From the NCBI GenBank assembly GCA_000002445.1, contig CP000070.1, positions 800,001 to 864,000 on the forward strand: a stretch of 64,000 nt of DNA, in the 5' to 3' direction. Made by a program: the position numbers and the translations under genes. Shown here piece by piece: positions 13,901 through 22,236 of the stretch; position 1 is the first letter of the stretch, and every line of letters starts with the position of its first letter. The notes below the pieces were generated by a model, which worked only from the letters and a program-made list of their open reading frames with translations, was not told the DNA's origin and made no database searches. This DNA comes from Trypanosoma brucei (taxonomy: Eukaryota).

Positions 13901-16900
13901 TGTGGATTACCTTGTGACACCGAGTCAGAGACTTGAATGGGAGCAGCAGGGTCTTCCAAAAGACAATCTCTGTGCGGAAAACGCAATGATTCTTCACCGT
14001 AGTCGACGATACCCCCTACTCATTGACCCCAGCGGGGTTGCCACCGCATTTCTGCAGAAGAAACACAAAGATGGAACGATGCGTACCACAAGTTTCACGA
14101 AGAGCGATTATCTCAAGCAATTGGACATGGCCATCCGGTTCGGTTACGCACTTATCATAGAAGACGCGGAGTTCATGGACCCCATTATTGGACCACTTCT
14201 AAAGAACGAGATGCGACGTGTGGGAGGGCGCACGATGACGCGACTTGGTGGCCGTGAGGTGGAAACTACTTCTTCCTTTAGTTTGATTCTCATCACGCGT
14301 GATTCGCACTATCAACCACCTCCCGGAATAGCAGGAAGGGTCTGCCTTGTTAATTTTGCCGTGACACTGTCTTCGCTTGAGTCACAGTGCCGTCATCGGT
14401 TGCTGCTTCACGAACGGGCGGATGTCGATGAGCAGCGCGCCCGCGTCCTGAAGGTTCGGGAGGAGTATTCTGTTCGTGTGCGGGTGTTAGAACAGGAACT
14501 GCTCAAGCTGATTGCGGGAAGTGAAGGAAGTATTCTTGAGAATAATACACTGACTGTTGCACTGGAGCGGCTGAAGGGGGAGACAAAGGCGTTGAAGGAG
14601 GGGATTGTAGAGAGTGATGAATTGATGCGATCCATTACCGCTGTTGAAGAACATTACAAGCCACTTGCAACAGCAGTGTCAAAAGTTTACTTTGTTCTAC
14701 GCTGCTTCTCCCAGTTGCATGGATTGTATCAGTACAGTGTGAAGTTCATCTTCCGCGTATTGAATGACGCCCTTGACCAGCTACCCCCGCCTAGCAATTC
14801 CAACGGCGCGCAGCAGGAAGAAGCGCCCGCGGAAAAAAAAGAGGAGGATGCAGCGCGACTGCAAGTACTCACGAGACATGTGTTTTATCTTCTATATCAC
14901 CGCGCGCGGCGGGGCATGTTCGCGCAGGATCATCTTGTTCTTGCCACCGCCCTGGGTAAGGCGCGTAGTGGCATCGCCGATCCCATCGGGCAACAACTAA
15001 CTATTGAAGAGTGGAATCTCTTCGAAAGTGCGTTAGGCGGGCCGGTGGCAAGCACAGGCGTGTCAATACCAGCTGAAAGTATAAAAGGTGCTGACAGGCT
15101 TGACCAACTCCCCAAGATACTGTCTGGGTGCCGTGTGTGCTCGCCGTCTTCAGCCGCGGTTCTCGCGGAGCTGCTGAAGCTACCACTGTTTGAGCAAGTG
15201 CGGGTTTCACTGAATAACCCGGAGCATGGGGAGGCATGGAGAGCATACTTTGCAGCGGTGGAGCCCTACGCCGAGACGATACCTCCCTTTTCCCGAAAAG
15301 TCAAGAATTTCAGTGCCGATGACGCCAATTGCAGCAGTGTAGGTGGAAGCCATGCTGTGGGGCCCACACGCCGTGCGTTTATAACGGCTTTGCTACTTCT
15401 GCACACCCGCCGTGACGCTTTTGTGCCCGCTGCCTCAGAGTTCCTACGACTCTTTTTTGATGGTGCAGACGTGGCAGTGGGAGACGGGCGTGGCAACTGT
15501 GGGGAAAGCGGTTATCGTGCTATCGCTGGCCATGACGGTGCTAAAGGTGGCATGGGCGACTTTGATTCCTTCTTTTCGGCGGAAGTTCTTGATCTTGTTG
15601 CAATTCAGAAGGAGTTGACTAACACAACCCCACTCATATTAGTGGCGAATGCGGGGAGTGACCCAACGGTGTCGCTGGAGGCAGTGGCGAGTGCAATGAA
15701 TGTTCAACTACATACTGCCGTTATGGGCTCTGCAGACAGTACCGAAGCAGCTGAACGGTTCCTCACGACAGCAACGGTGGATGGTGCATGGGTACTACTA
15801 AAGAATATTCACATTGACCGCGCCTTCGCCGACGTTGTTGTGAGGCACTTGCATCGCGTTTTTGCCGGGGATCAGGTACATGAGGGCTTCCGCCTCATTT
15901 TATCCATGGAGGCGAAGGCACAGCATGTGGTTGGCAACCTTGGGGAGAGAGGTTGTGGTGGAGACGTAATAAATGCACGGTCCCCGCTCGACCTTCCTGT
16001 CAGTTTGGTGGAGTCATCAATCGTTGTGGTGTACGAACCACCTCCAGGTATGAAGGCTTCTCTTCTTCAAACTATTGGATCTCTGAGGGCCCCAACCCAA
16101 CAAGCTCCTTATTCTGCCGACATGGTGCGCATTTATCTTACTGCTGCTTGGTTTCACGCAGTGGTTATGGAACGGCTCCTATATGTTCCACTGGGTTGGA
16201 GCACGCGCTATGAAATCAACGACACGGAATTCTGGCACACATTGCAAGCCGTCAACCGTTGGGTGATGACGACGGAGAGCACCTCTGGAGGAAACACTGT
16301 TGGTGATATTGAGGGAAATCAAGTCTGTAGCGCTAACCGCGAGCATTTCCCATGGTTAGCCCTTCAAACCATAATCGGCACGGCTCTCTACGGCGGTAAA
16401 TTGAGCAACGACTTTGACCAATTTCTTCTAAATTCGTTCTGCACGCAGCTGTTTAGCCCCATTATTTTTGAGGACGACAAGTTTTTCGCATTGCTGGAGG
16501 GCCTATGCGTAAATCAGAAGCTTCGACTCCCTTCCATGGACACATTGAATGACGTTTTGGCGTGGGTAAAGTCCCTGCCGGACCCGCAGCCGCTTCGTTG
16601 GGCACGGTTGCCGGCAAGCGCCTCGCGGTTAATGTTAGAAAAGCAGGCGGTTGCTATGTTGGAACGGCTTGCGATTCTGCGATTTGTTGGTGAGAAAGAA
16701 CATAGTGGCCGCAGCATTGTTGACGGTTGCGCCGCCTACTCGGAGGAGTCAACCATACCGCGCTGTCTAACCGAAATGCAGTGGGCGCAGAAGGTTCGGC
16801 TGTTTTGTTCCTCATGGCGCTCCTCGCTAGAACGACTTGTTCCCGCAGGACAGGTCGTGTCGGCACAATCAGCAGAAACGCCGTCAGGGGGGAGGAGCAG

Positions 16901-17789
16901 CGGAGCAGAACGGTGTAAAGAGGAGCCTGTTTCGGTAATGGTCGACAGGGAATATGCCTTTGCAATGGAACGCCTTCATGAGGTTCTTGATGACCTACAG
17001 GTGGTAGAAAACATTTGCTGCGGAACAGGTAAACCAACGGCAGATCAGCGTGCTCTCATCGACTGGCTGTTAAAGGACCAAATCCCGCCGATGTGGGCAC
17101 GGTCCTATTCTTCTCACACAGCAGTGGCAGAACAGTGGATGATAGATTTTGCGCGTCGGGTTTCTCATGCTTTATATCTACGCGGGGCCATACAGAGGGA
17201 GTCGGGTGGCGCTGTATGCCTCAACCTCGGTCTTCTTTTCTGGCCTGAGGCCTTCGTTACTACAACGAAGCAGCAGACAGCCCGCAGACAGAGTCAGCCA
17301 TTGGAGCAACTGCAAATTCAACTTGACCTCATGCCGGAGGAAGATGTGCGAGCACGAGCTGCTAAAGTTGTAAAGGAGGATGATGTCTGGCATATTGTGG
17401 GTCTGACGCTATTTTCAGCCTCCCTCAAGAAGTGTGACACGGCTAGTGGTGGTGCCGGCTATACGTGTGTATTACTGCCTGACTCATCCACGGCACCTTC
17501 AACGCCTGTTGGGGCGGTGATGAGGTGGAGGCCGGTTGTGTTGTCGAGAACCACCACCGCACCAGACGCTGGTTGCTGTATGGCCCCTGCAGCAAAATCA
17601 TCGGTTCTGACACGGCTAGCCTCGCGTGATAAGAATTCTAATTGCCTCATTGTACCACTATACGCGAGCGATCTACGCAGAGCACTGCTGCAAGTTGTGG
17701 AACTGAGGGTGGACATTAAAAACACGCCAATGCACGCATGGTATGAACGGGGGACATGCCTTGTAGCCTGGTCGATGGAAGCCTACTAG
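1917..17789 (+). CDS. Cytoplasmic dynein heavy chain (dynein-1-like), about 5290 aa
   Basis: Single 15.9-kb ORF whose first ATG is at 1917 (the track start at 1911 is a TTG). Four AAA+ Walker A P-loops occur in order: GPAGTGKTE near nt 8464-8490, GPSGTGKT near 9376-9400, GPPGSGKT near 10800-10825 and GASGVGKT near 11841-11867. The AAA1 context LGGSPVGPAGTGKTETVKSLG...CQVGAWGCFDEFNRLEE matches cytoplasmic dynein. A long coiled-coil stalk and C-terminal domain follow. Confidence 0.95.
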   Translation: MMRQEKDKQLCLTADELLASDVVDCISSMMRSATKPQVREALQGVEHEKNGTALHLVVCEYTPTQNLNNEEAATTTCVVAAEDLTTVFFRLMATVSRGVTSPKYMGTGPMTEGSKNVDGGSSMETEGAAALPRVTRCVFITSASGGNSAEDIRNAPSSPRPAPLTLSQLNVHAMEMDQPLGDLQSLLQRVYEPVLRQRREDALRYNLQEFVNSMQCRYHFLTRVNLMQFVHPKLLTVCSVNPTADLHELVGLLHEEGDDVDLDDVFAIWSPCRNLLNVAFEADTADDGNAARPQVINLSEVVGGAPHHGSCIGDNTSRNHGNNNNGGVLEEVSYWQEVRQWINHIRRQLRSREWRLAHYLLRHRVPTSYEREYELHSKLAHSYEQHAKGVLQLLPHINDVNDITTFLVNALRIIEAAARPGAYPRKRCTHFVNCVVHNIMEQFVALADGLDVLHIQPAEKQLQKIGEMMKAIVELQRCLVDGVLSARIDQRDVEGTTVTETRNSSVAGQWCTEVKNLSGFGRCSLLLERMKQLKDFLNEHFHYYRTLAQTFAEGGGSGSTTTSFCRHLAEAYSRFTADVVERGCLWDVSPTGAGKYQRIRDSYSSRVSRIDDRLALHVGISLSNEQERDTYNVTTSTVKANTSTEAKTSDPRRPARGRVDAPTAGGSPLYRAYSCFCVFRREKVLAVLASFRTALREQIDREINDICEEYFGKESCPHIVRATVARLGVTEDVGRMLWERSLQRQLETHMERREEISEHGWRQLLLLRTLEHRWCLNESLARFFGARLQDLVVEGFAAGSEVHGTAYALAFLSLVHSKNELRWSRDPHIQSARQYLDENSPQSLEKARLRLVLLRKGSSWGSKQSEPWDVLNFRDSIAQKLNEHVERWCNIVQSKFLHVDMVEETMAMKGPFLRLSYVERGVGTAGGNSDKNNNFHRNNEGNIDGVSRGEQVLVPNIPQEMYAFLRDFYTLESVQLQEKHKQLFGNIRCFFLKNEARFRIANSFRDLTRVFEEAVGDEEELMAHLITDEYAQVYGCLVDGAKLTWLEEDKLLEFIQRLSCRVYNFCSAASSVRTAVDDVERILQQLHSQTFAAQSIVEKVEKLCGIVKQLGSEGSSREWYVQRIQPRLDAALLLQLQAHLHRWTVEFLSMGRDPRFLDPASCTEEYKLRPLRIRMRVLFKGITLATPEAACRYHWLNILNNSFAWLHAIPALHSSFRRSNHQHPTATPLFGGGSVVEVTAETVYGRLVDCLSSEVLAEPMTAIDKSIQEAFDVEKQWRRGQQLLNLEVGVLQQKLGDDLVKWEEALRHIREFADTLMNHTQPSTLLGGILIVASDAQKELGRKLDNMTQYINSRYREVVSKHLELCHRRITEERTDVEKCDVINSIDDACMFICELPTIYTKLEETGRRIAPLVAAEEYLKNQGLSLPDSGVCVKKVKEEHQAYKDLIARKVKAVELRRPFLRENAKQKGKGLQDDVAELEKSLAELDKQIQLRERQDKQHLEELADSMQERFYDIQKQILVLEKQHDRLTLLCKVLGIQPVDEVRLQSVASRTENLRWVFGHLLEVCRKLNRLSQTPFSEVDPQRLHEDIISLQAEVQEFPPGVRGHPAHNELVQLIEERLAARWIIHELSSRAMMPVVRAERHWSLLRSKLGTQWKLEELTVGDIWRSDPMTRAKIYYEVLDVARGEHRLETKLEQITAFWNNFEFNTTIYKKKHVLIRGWDAVFAQLSDDIDTLQGFHLSPFYSASHIAASVTEWESRLNLLLKVLEVLMGVQRRWVHLDGLFSSNEDIYQQLSSEGMQFDRVTWELWNLMPYRSSPFGSTETAADLENVVVRTQDFLEEKRLLSSLERVDGQLTRVQRALNRYLDRQRRLFPRFFYVGDDDLLETLGNSNNATLIAKHLPKMFTALARLIVKDMGANGQGSAGSAAADLHIVGFACEEGEEVATNRSIRLEGRALHLTLNEVEIVMTQTLRQLTVSAAASLADAGCVTTEWIEAFPLQVVCLAFQVWWAQLQEQALATWKAQQKREPSLAVSRMVSLLDQLALEVTAVGVTPSVRRASEELITLAVYQRDVSRLIELKNVTAAEDFEWMRILRLYVVAPDTYSKKGDAATDVGRPRKSGVVLANEVDYPEVHCRMADASLIHGFEYIGWYRRLVQTPLTDRCYLAMTQALHTRLGGSPVGPAGTGKTETVKSLGAQLGRHVVVFNCTDTFDFSAIGRILMGLCQVGAWGCFDEFNRLEECVLSAVAQQIRSIQEALRGDLHSVNLSRQQVPLKTNVALFITMNPDFADRSQLPGNLKQLFRTVTMVAPDREAIAEVMLFAQGFRTAESLSRKVVPLFDLCREQLSRQSHYDFGLRALKSVLVIAGEAKHADCKRNAVHVPETASSATAVEDDSNVNSRECELMLGSLINNIVPRLISEDVILFYPLLRDFFPGRPVPDVFESLLRSTIEEVCQDTHYTPTPAWVEKIYQLYRTRKTRHGLMLVGPSGTGKTSCWKTLLRVMARLSTQEGHNDFDEGDLASPSRRSRGRPLEAHAYVIDPKAMTKAELFGVFEATTREWKDGIFTDILRRIVNNSLDTNSTQQQHWIIFDGDVDPLWVENLNSLLDDSKIYTLPNGERLSLPPSVRIVFEVQDLRYATPATVSRCGMVWFSHGTVPVSCLLNRHLTTFLRAPMIDKRGGKRIVEVCDDHEEMQSRLCGGHFTLHRAAASSGTTTLASTQRELTTSDGDVRTSRENNKAHDSLTEDALNRSARNSENVPESPPPRTPHSFVSAERDILELQVFMVGVWTTAFAKGGLLERAFEIIHTERYRGQGIMEHNDLQILRSVQSLLLDGIWSMWQVREKWGALPTERVVRSYAEKLLNYAVFWGFGAALNNELRRQLLDDIGFQLLGQPRDLTLMDVEPDPVHGTWRTTRERVQPVDVDPEDVGFSDVIIPTVDACRNRTLLEAWITGGDAVILCGPPGSGKTILVTSLLRDSFTHESVFLNFSSGTRPENIIRALEQYCSVHNHAVHGPIMTPTSGKRLLLFCDEVNLPALDQYGTQPVVQFLRQLVERKGYYRSRDNVWVTVEGVQVIGACNPPTDKGRVSLSHRFLRWAPVLFVDFPTEESLHVIYSSYCRAMLSFSSRLQRYHPKCLAAAMVDVYTASQSRFNTWQQPHYVYSPRELTRWIRALRGAILSWSDQQRCELTVEELVQLAIHEGLRIFQDRLVQNEEREWAHRKVVECFARHFTDVTSSPAQPPLLFSSIVNGVYMKQTKSELVQYVEEKVRTFCEGEGDTELVVLDTMVDHVVRIDRVLRQPSGHMVLVGASGVGKTIITRLVAWMNGMSVFRIDVNRGYQLADYERDLREVLRRAGCGLERICFIFDDSNAMETGFLEYINALLPSGEIPGLFDGDKWAKLMDDIRASVEEQQSLKATSGTTQHLPRVLQHHQHEREGNELHNSARTSLFDRSSTMNRRDFGAPMTGGGYDFDRHPLLLNETAGPMLTSDYIDITSEQVLYRWFVNNVRRNLHVVFVTDPSTKEFADRVVTSPALFNRCTINWLGEWDRTTRAQLAQKLTQNMDVMFSCRESFSGSEDTSRKALTEALSAIHEATEEVNSTARQRNANSGTFITPRHFSDLLQQLKLLYEEKKGRSMEQLTHLRSGLAKLATTSEEVGQQQTQLREHEVLLDERSAKAQAMLERIVSETERTKQEKQEAEQLRQQLKEEEDLILADRARVEQQLSEAAPALREAEEGLNSIKQEYLREMRAYTTPPTMVKRVLETVLVVMGERRAGEWDVIKHYVRRDDFIASVKAFQARDVTEEAVQTVRGMLQEDGFTYEAAMRASKAAGPLLQWVTAQINYAIVYAAVQPLRSRIDQITITQGAKQAQLERTETEISTLEMSLQQLKEDYQSMAEEIATCKSTMGVIASRCDRATKLLQQLLEERDRWGAESLGFDSEVSVLLGNCILAAASLTYFGYFDEYTRQSLLLPVWVQQLKNFKIRCTEEHSSGFVDYLVTPSQRLEWEQQGLPKDNLCAENAMILHRSRRYPLLIDPSGVATAFLQKKHKDGTMRTTSFTKSDYLKQLDMAIRFGYALIIEDAEFMDPIIGPLLKNEMRRVGGRTMTRLGGREVETTSSFSLILITRDSHYQPPPGIAGRVCLVNFAVTLSSLESQCRHRLLLHERADVDEQRARVLKVREEYSVRVRVLEQELLKLIAGSEGSILENNTLTVALERLKGETKALKEGIVESDELMRSITAVEEHYKPLATAVSKVYFVLRCFSQLHGLYQYSVKFIFRVLNDALDQLPPPSNSNGAQQEEAPAEKKEEDAARLQVLTRHVFYLLYHRARRGMFAQDHLVLATALGKARSGIADPIGQQLTIEEWNLFESALGGPVASTGVSIPAESIKGADRLDQLPKILSGCRVCSPSSAAVLAELLKLPLFEQVRVSLNNPEHGEAWRAYFAAVEPYAETIPPFSRKVKNFSADDANCSSVGGSHAVGPTRRAFITALLLLHTRRDAFVPAASEFLRLFFDGADVAVGDGRGNCGESGYRAIAGHDGAKGGMGDFDSFFSAEVLDLVAIQKELTNTTPLILVANAGSDPTVSLEAVASAMNVQLHTAVMGSADSTEAAERFLTTATVDGAWVLLKNIHIDRAFADVVVRHLHRVFAGDQVHEGFRLILSMEAKAQHVVGNLGERGCGGDVINARSPLDLPVSLVESSIVVVYEPPPGMKASLLQTIGSLRAPTQQAPYSADMVRIYLTAAWFHAVVMERLLYVPLGWSTRYEINDTEFWHTLQAVNRWVMTTESTSGGNTVGDIEGNQVCSANREHFPWLALQTIIGTALYGGKLSNDFDQFLLNSFCTQLFSPIIFEDDKFFALLEGLCVNQKLRLPSMDTLNDVLAWVKSLPDPQPLRWARLPASASRLMLEKQAVAMLERLAILRFVGEKEHSGRSIVDGCAAYSEESTIPRCLTEMQWAQKVRLFCSSWRSSLERLVPAGQVVSAQSAETPSGGRSSGAERCKEEPVSVMVDREYAFAMERLHEVLDDLQVVENICCGTGKPTADQRALIDWLLKDQIPPMWARSYSSHTAVAEQWMIDFARRVSHALYLRGAIQRESGGAVCLNLGLLFWPEAFVTTTKQQTARRQSQPLEQLQIQLDLMPEEDVRARAAKVVKEDDVWHIVGLTLFSASLKKCDTASGGAGYTCVLLPDSSTAPSTPVGAVMRWRPVVLSRTTTAPDAGCCMAPAAKSSVLTRLASRDKNSNCLIVPLYASDLRRALLQVVELRVDIKNTPMHAWYERGTCLVAWSMEAY

Positions 17790-18367
17790 CAGAAAAGGAA
17801 TGCTCTTTCTGTATATCTTTTGGGAGAGTGAGATGGTGGGCGTGCCGTAGGTGAGAGTGACTTTCGTGGAGTACCTCGGATACGAATTTAACTCGATCAA
17901 TGATTTATGTTTCCGAACCAGAAGTCGTGAGGGGGATATGAACGGGGGGTGGGAATAATTGGTACCGTCCTTTCGATCTAGATCTAACAATGGCCCGCAT
18001 ATGTAAAGTCTGAGAAACTATCATCCATTGTCACGGTGGCATGCGTTTGCGGGGATGAATAGGGCTTTTTCTTCCGTTTTTTTAAAAGTGGCAAGCGGAC
18101 GTGAGCAACCGAATAATAGAAGAAAAAGGGTTTCGCGGACGTGATTTCACATGGCTGCCTCAAATGTGGGTTAATCAAACTACAGTTGTTTAAAAACCGT
18201 AGAAGGAAGGATAGAAGTGTTGTTCTGAGCAACTCTATAATCCTTTCAACGTATCTTTTCTGCCTCTTTTCTACCCTCTTGTGTTCTCCCCCAAACGGGG
18301 GGTGTGTTGTTGAATTTAGGTATTCATAAGATCTTCGCAGACACGACCGCGGACACTAAGGAAACAA

Positions 18368-19543
18368 ATGATGAGCAGCGGGAACCAACACGAAAAGGTT
18401 CAATTGCAGCAGGGAGGCAATACCCGTGGTCGCTTCTGTTCGGTAACGATAGTGGGATCGGGTGTGTCCACGGGTGTCCCCGTCATTGGTCATCTGTCTT
18501 CTGATTGCGCCTGCGCTGAGGCCTTCCGCGATCCACAGGGTCCTGACAGAAGGAACAATGTCAGCCTCCTCATAACAGTAAGGGACGCCGAATGCACTGG
18601 TAGTGATAGTGAAGATGACAGGAACGCGAAGCACGTACTTATCGACTGCGGCAAAACATTTCGTGATGCCTACTTTCGTGTTCTTGCCAAACACAAGGTA
18701 CGCTATCTTGACGGGTTGCTACTGACGCATGACCATGCGGACGCAGCTGGCGGGGTGGATGACCTTCGTGACCTGCAGCGTGTGACCGTGGACGATGTAA
18801 GTAAGTGCTGCACGATTGAACAGTACATATCAACTTACGCTTCCGAAAAAACCATCGAGTCGCTTCGCCAACAATTTGGATATATTGTGCGAAACAGCTG
18901 GTTGATGGGACCAGCACCGAGCACTGCCGAGGAGCATGAGCTAGTTGTGAAGCGCATGAGGGAGGATCGTGAGCGGGAAGGGCAGACAGACAACATAGGT
19001 TATCGACGGAGTGCTGCACTACACCTTTACACACTGCCTGACACGTACCCATCATCCTTTTACATCCCCGGGTTCGGTGAGAATTTTCCCATGTATGCCT
19101 TACCGGTGGAGCACGGAAAAGGATACATGTCACTTGGTTTTGTATTTGGTCGTGGTGTTGCGCTTCGTAGCACCGGTGCCAGCAGTTGCAACGGATACTC
19201 CTGTGTTGTGTATCTTTCGGATGTAAGCGAAATACCACCAAATGCCATGTCCTTTCTCCGCGATCTAGTGAAAATCGATGTCCTTTTTGTCGATATGTTA
19301 TATGGCCCAGAAGTGAGTCACCCTTCGCACTACTGTATGGACGATACACTGCAACTGGTTTGCGAACTGCAGCCTGCACGCACTTACGCCATCGGCATGT
19401 ATTGTGATATAAAACACGCAGCGGGCAACCGCTTGCTAAAGGAGAGGTTGGAAGAACTACGGGGGGCGGGTAAATGCGGTGATGGCGTAATAACTGTGGA
19501 GTTGGGCTACGATGGAATGACTATGGCACTTCCTCTGTCGTGA
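18368..19543 (+). CDS. PhnP/PqqB-like metallo-beta-lactamase-fold protein
   Basis: The N-terminal motif GSGVSTGVPVIGHLSSDCACAEA resembles the GxGxxxGVPxxxCxC signature of PhnP/PqqB. A metal-binding THDHADAAGG (HxHxD) motif sits near nt 18725-18750. ATG at 18368 verified. Confidence 0.6.
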   Translation: MMSSGNQHEKVQLQQGGNTRGRFCSVTIVGSGVSTGVPVIGHLSSDCACAEAFRDPQGPDRRNNVSLLITVRDAECTGSDSEDDRNAKHVLIDCGKTFRDAYFRVLAKHKVRYLDGLLLTHDHADAAGGVDDLRDLQRVTVDDVSKCCTIEQYISTYASEKTIESLRQQFGYIVRNSWLMGPAPSTAEEHELVVKRMREDREREGQTDNIGYRRSAALHLYTLPDTYPSSFYIPGFGENFPMYALPVEHGKGYMSLGFVFGRGVALRSTGASSCNGYSCVVYLSDVSEIPPNAMSFLRDLVKIDVLFVDMLYGPEVSHPSHYCMDDTLQLVCELQPARTYAIGMYCDIKHAAGNRLLKERLEELRGAGKCGDGVITVELGYDGMTMALPLS

Positions 19544-20173
19544 GTGACGTTTGCAGAAGTTACATTTCTGTTGAATTTTTTCTACGACAGCGTGCCGTAA
19601 TGCTCTCCCTGCTGCTGCACCACTGGGGGAAGGTCCTTCGGCGTTCGAACATCTTCACTCGTTGCGACCGCGGGTTGCGTTTTTTTATTGCCGATGTTGA
19701 TCCCACCACTGATTTGCAATGTTGGGTCTCTTTTCGATTTGCATTTTATGCAGAATCCCAGACAGGTACCAACGCATTGCTTTCTCACCTCTTTAACGTT
19801 TGCCGCCCCGTTTTGACGACCTGTGTTTTTTTTTATTTGTATGTGTTTGTGTGTGGTGAGAAGCTGCGACTAAGATGGGGAGAATTAATGGAATGTTGGA
19901 GGCCATGGTAGTCCCCAATTGAAGGGAGAGGTGAGTCTTTCGTGTGTCTAATTTATTGCTGTTCCTTCCTCACTTCTCCAGCCTACCGTTAGCGTCAGGA
20001 AAACAAATGAAGAAAATGTGCTTCAAAATATGCACCTGCGGCTATTAAGACCAAGAACAAAGGTATGTGTGCGCGCCTGCCTGCGCTCCGCTGAGTGCAT
20101 GTTTTGTTCTTCTTCACCGTAGTTTCACCCTCTTTCCCCCCTGTAACATCTTCGCCTCCTAGATCCAAGCTAC

Positions 20174-21472
20174 ATGGCTTCCGTGTTCTATATTCTTGAC
20201 AGCAAAGGGTCTCCACTCATATGCCGCTCCTACAGGGGAGATGTCACCCATAACCCTCCGTCTGTCTTTCAGCGCCGAGTGCTTGACGAGGAGGAGTTCC
20301 GCATAACCCCTATTTTTGAGGAACAGGGGTATATCTATTGCTACATACGGGTGAACAACGTGTTCTTCCTGATGGTGAGCAAGTTAAACATTCTCCCACT
20401 GCAGCAATTCGCCTTCATGCGGCAATGTGTCACCGTTTTCGAAAGCTACTTCAAGCACGTGCTAGAGGAAACGATAATGGACAATTTTGTCATTGTATAT
20501 GAGCTACTGGACGAGATGTGTGATTTTGGCTTCCCGCAATACACCGAAGAGAAGTCACTCAAAAAATATATCACACAAGAGAGCCTTATTTCGTACCTGC
20601 TCCCTGAAGATAAGCTCCACGTGAAAGAGCTACCGGCAGAGGCGTCGGGTCGCGGTGGCCTCACGCCGTGGCGTCAGCCTGGTAAGTATAAGTACCGTAA
20701 AAACGAAGTCTTCCTTGATGTTATTGAGAGTGTGAACATCCTTCTCTCACCTGGCGGAGAAACGCTTTCAAGCGAAATATGTGGTCAGATTAAAATGCGT
20801 GTGCGTCTCTCCGGGATGCCGGTCCTGAAACTTGGTCTGAATGACAAGGCTACGTTTGAGATGTTGGCCTCCCGCGGGCGTGCTGTTGAGATGGAGGGCG
20901 TCAAACTGCATCAGTGCGTTAAGCTTAGTCAGTTCGAGAGTCACCGTGTTATTTCTTTCGTACCACCTGATGGGGAATTCGAGCTGATGTCTTACCGCAC
21001 GAGTAAGAAGGTGGCTCCGATGGTTACCGTGGAGTGCACCACCGTTAGTAAAAGCGCGACTCAGGTGGAGATGGCCCTAGTGGCACGCACCACGTTTCGA
21101 CGCACTCTCACCGCATCTTTCTTGGATATTCTTGTGCCGGTCCCGAGCGATGCATTCAAACCGGAGGGGCGGTGCTCGGCGGGAAAGGTTCGTCATGCAC
21201 CGGAGTCCAACTTACTTATGTGGAGTCTGCGCGAGGTAAGTGGTGGTAAGCAATTCACCTGTTCATTCAAATTCAGCCTCCCTTCCGTGCGAAGCAGTGA
21301 TCCATCCGTGTTTGCTAAGGCACCAGTACAAGTGAAATTTGAGGTCCCATACCTTACGGCATCCGGTATTCAAGTGCGGTATTTGAAGGTGGAGGAAGAG
21401 CCGAACTATCAGGCGCTGTCGTGGGTACGGTACGTCACGCAGAGCGGCGACTACCAGATTCGGACGGCGTAA
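20174..21472 (+). CDS. Clathrin adaptor complex medium (mu) subunit, most similar to AP-1 mu
   Basis: 432 aa. Clear end-to-end similarity to AP mu1, including MS..YILD.KG..LICR.YRGDV, DNFVIVYELLDEM.DFGFPQ, YRKNEVFLDVIESVN, FIPPDGEFELMSYR, and a C-terminal FEVPY.T.SGIQVRYLK...YQALSWVRY.TQSGDYQIR. Confidence 0.88.
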   Translation: MASVFYILDSKGSPLICRSYRGDVTHNPPSVFQRRVLDEEEFRITPIFEEQGYIYCYIRVNNVFFLMVSKLNILPLQQFAFMRQCVTVFESYFKHVLEETIMDNFVIVYELLDEMCDFGFPQYTEEKSLKKYITQESLISYLLPEDKLHVKELPAEASGRGGLTPWRQPGKYKYRKNEVFLDVIESVNILLSPGGETLSSEICGQIKMRVRLSGMPVLKLGLNDKATFEMLASRGRAVEMEGVKLHQCVKLSQFESHRVISFVPPDGEFELMSYRTSKKVAPMVTVECTTVSKSATQVEMALVARTTFRRTLTASFLDILVPVPSDAFKPEGRCSAGKVRHAPESNLLMWSLREVSGGKQFTCSFKFSLPSVRSSDPSVFAKAPVQVKFEVPYLTASGIQVRYLKVEEEPNYQALSWVRYVTQSGDYQIRTA

Positions 21473-22079
21473 AAAAAGTAAAGGAGCCAAAGGAAAGCAA
21501 ACAGAAAGAAGTGCGAAGGAAAGCAAAGGGATGGATAGATGCGAATTAAGGGAAAGGAAAGGGAAGTTATTATTTATTGAAATAGGAGGGTTGGCTAACG
21601 AGGAAAAGAAGTGGAATCCAGGAGGAGGCGATAGTGAAAACGCGTCTCCCCTACTCTTTCAGGATGGATGAAGTGGAGAAAAGAAAGGAAGTGCGGTGGA
21701 GACGTGTGCCTCCCAGTGTTCTCATTCGCCGAGGATTGGCCGTCGCCCTTGGCGTGATTTGTGCTGCTCGTTGCTATTGCTACTACATTTTCTCCCCCCC
21801 CCCCACACACACACACATTCTATTTCAACGCTTGCTCCATTTGCTACACTTGTGGTTTTTAATGATAAAAAGAGTGCAGGGGGTGGGGGGCGCGTGTGAT
21901 TGGAGGGAGGGGGGCACTGTATTGACACATAACGGGGTGTCCTGCCTTTACCTGTGCTACGGCCTTGTAGCTGCATCGCTGGGGCAACTGTTAACACTCT
22001 GCGTTTCTACTTTGCCCTCTGCTTTACCTTTTGTTCATTTCTTCTCTTAACTTTTTAATTGTTCTCGTCACTGTAGGGA

Positions 22080-22098
22080 CACACACACACACACACAG
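22080..22098. repeat. (AC)n microsatellite in intergenic region
   Basis: acacacacacacacacag read directly. Similar tracts are (CA)n at 37729-37749 with its copy at 40114-40134, (GT)10 at 57112-57131, and C11 followed by (CA)6 at 21795-21817. Confidence 0.9.
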
Positions 22099-22236
22099 AC
22101 AAAGAAAAAAAGAACTACGACTTAAGTTACTTCGTTGGCGGTGAGTTTTCCCACCATCACCACCCGACGCGCGTACTCACTGCAACGAGTGAAAGTGGAA
22201 GTTCACGTGTTGAACGCCCCGTTCTGCACTTCTTCG

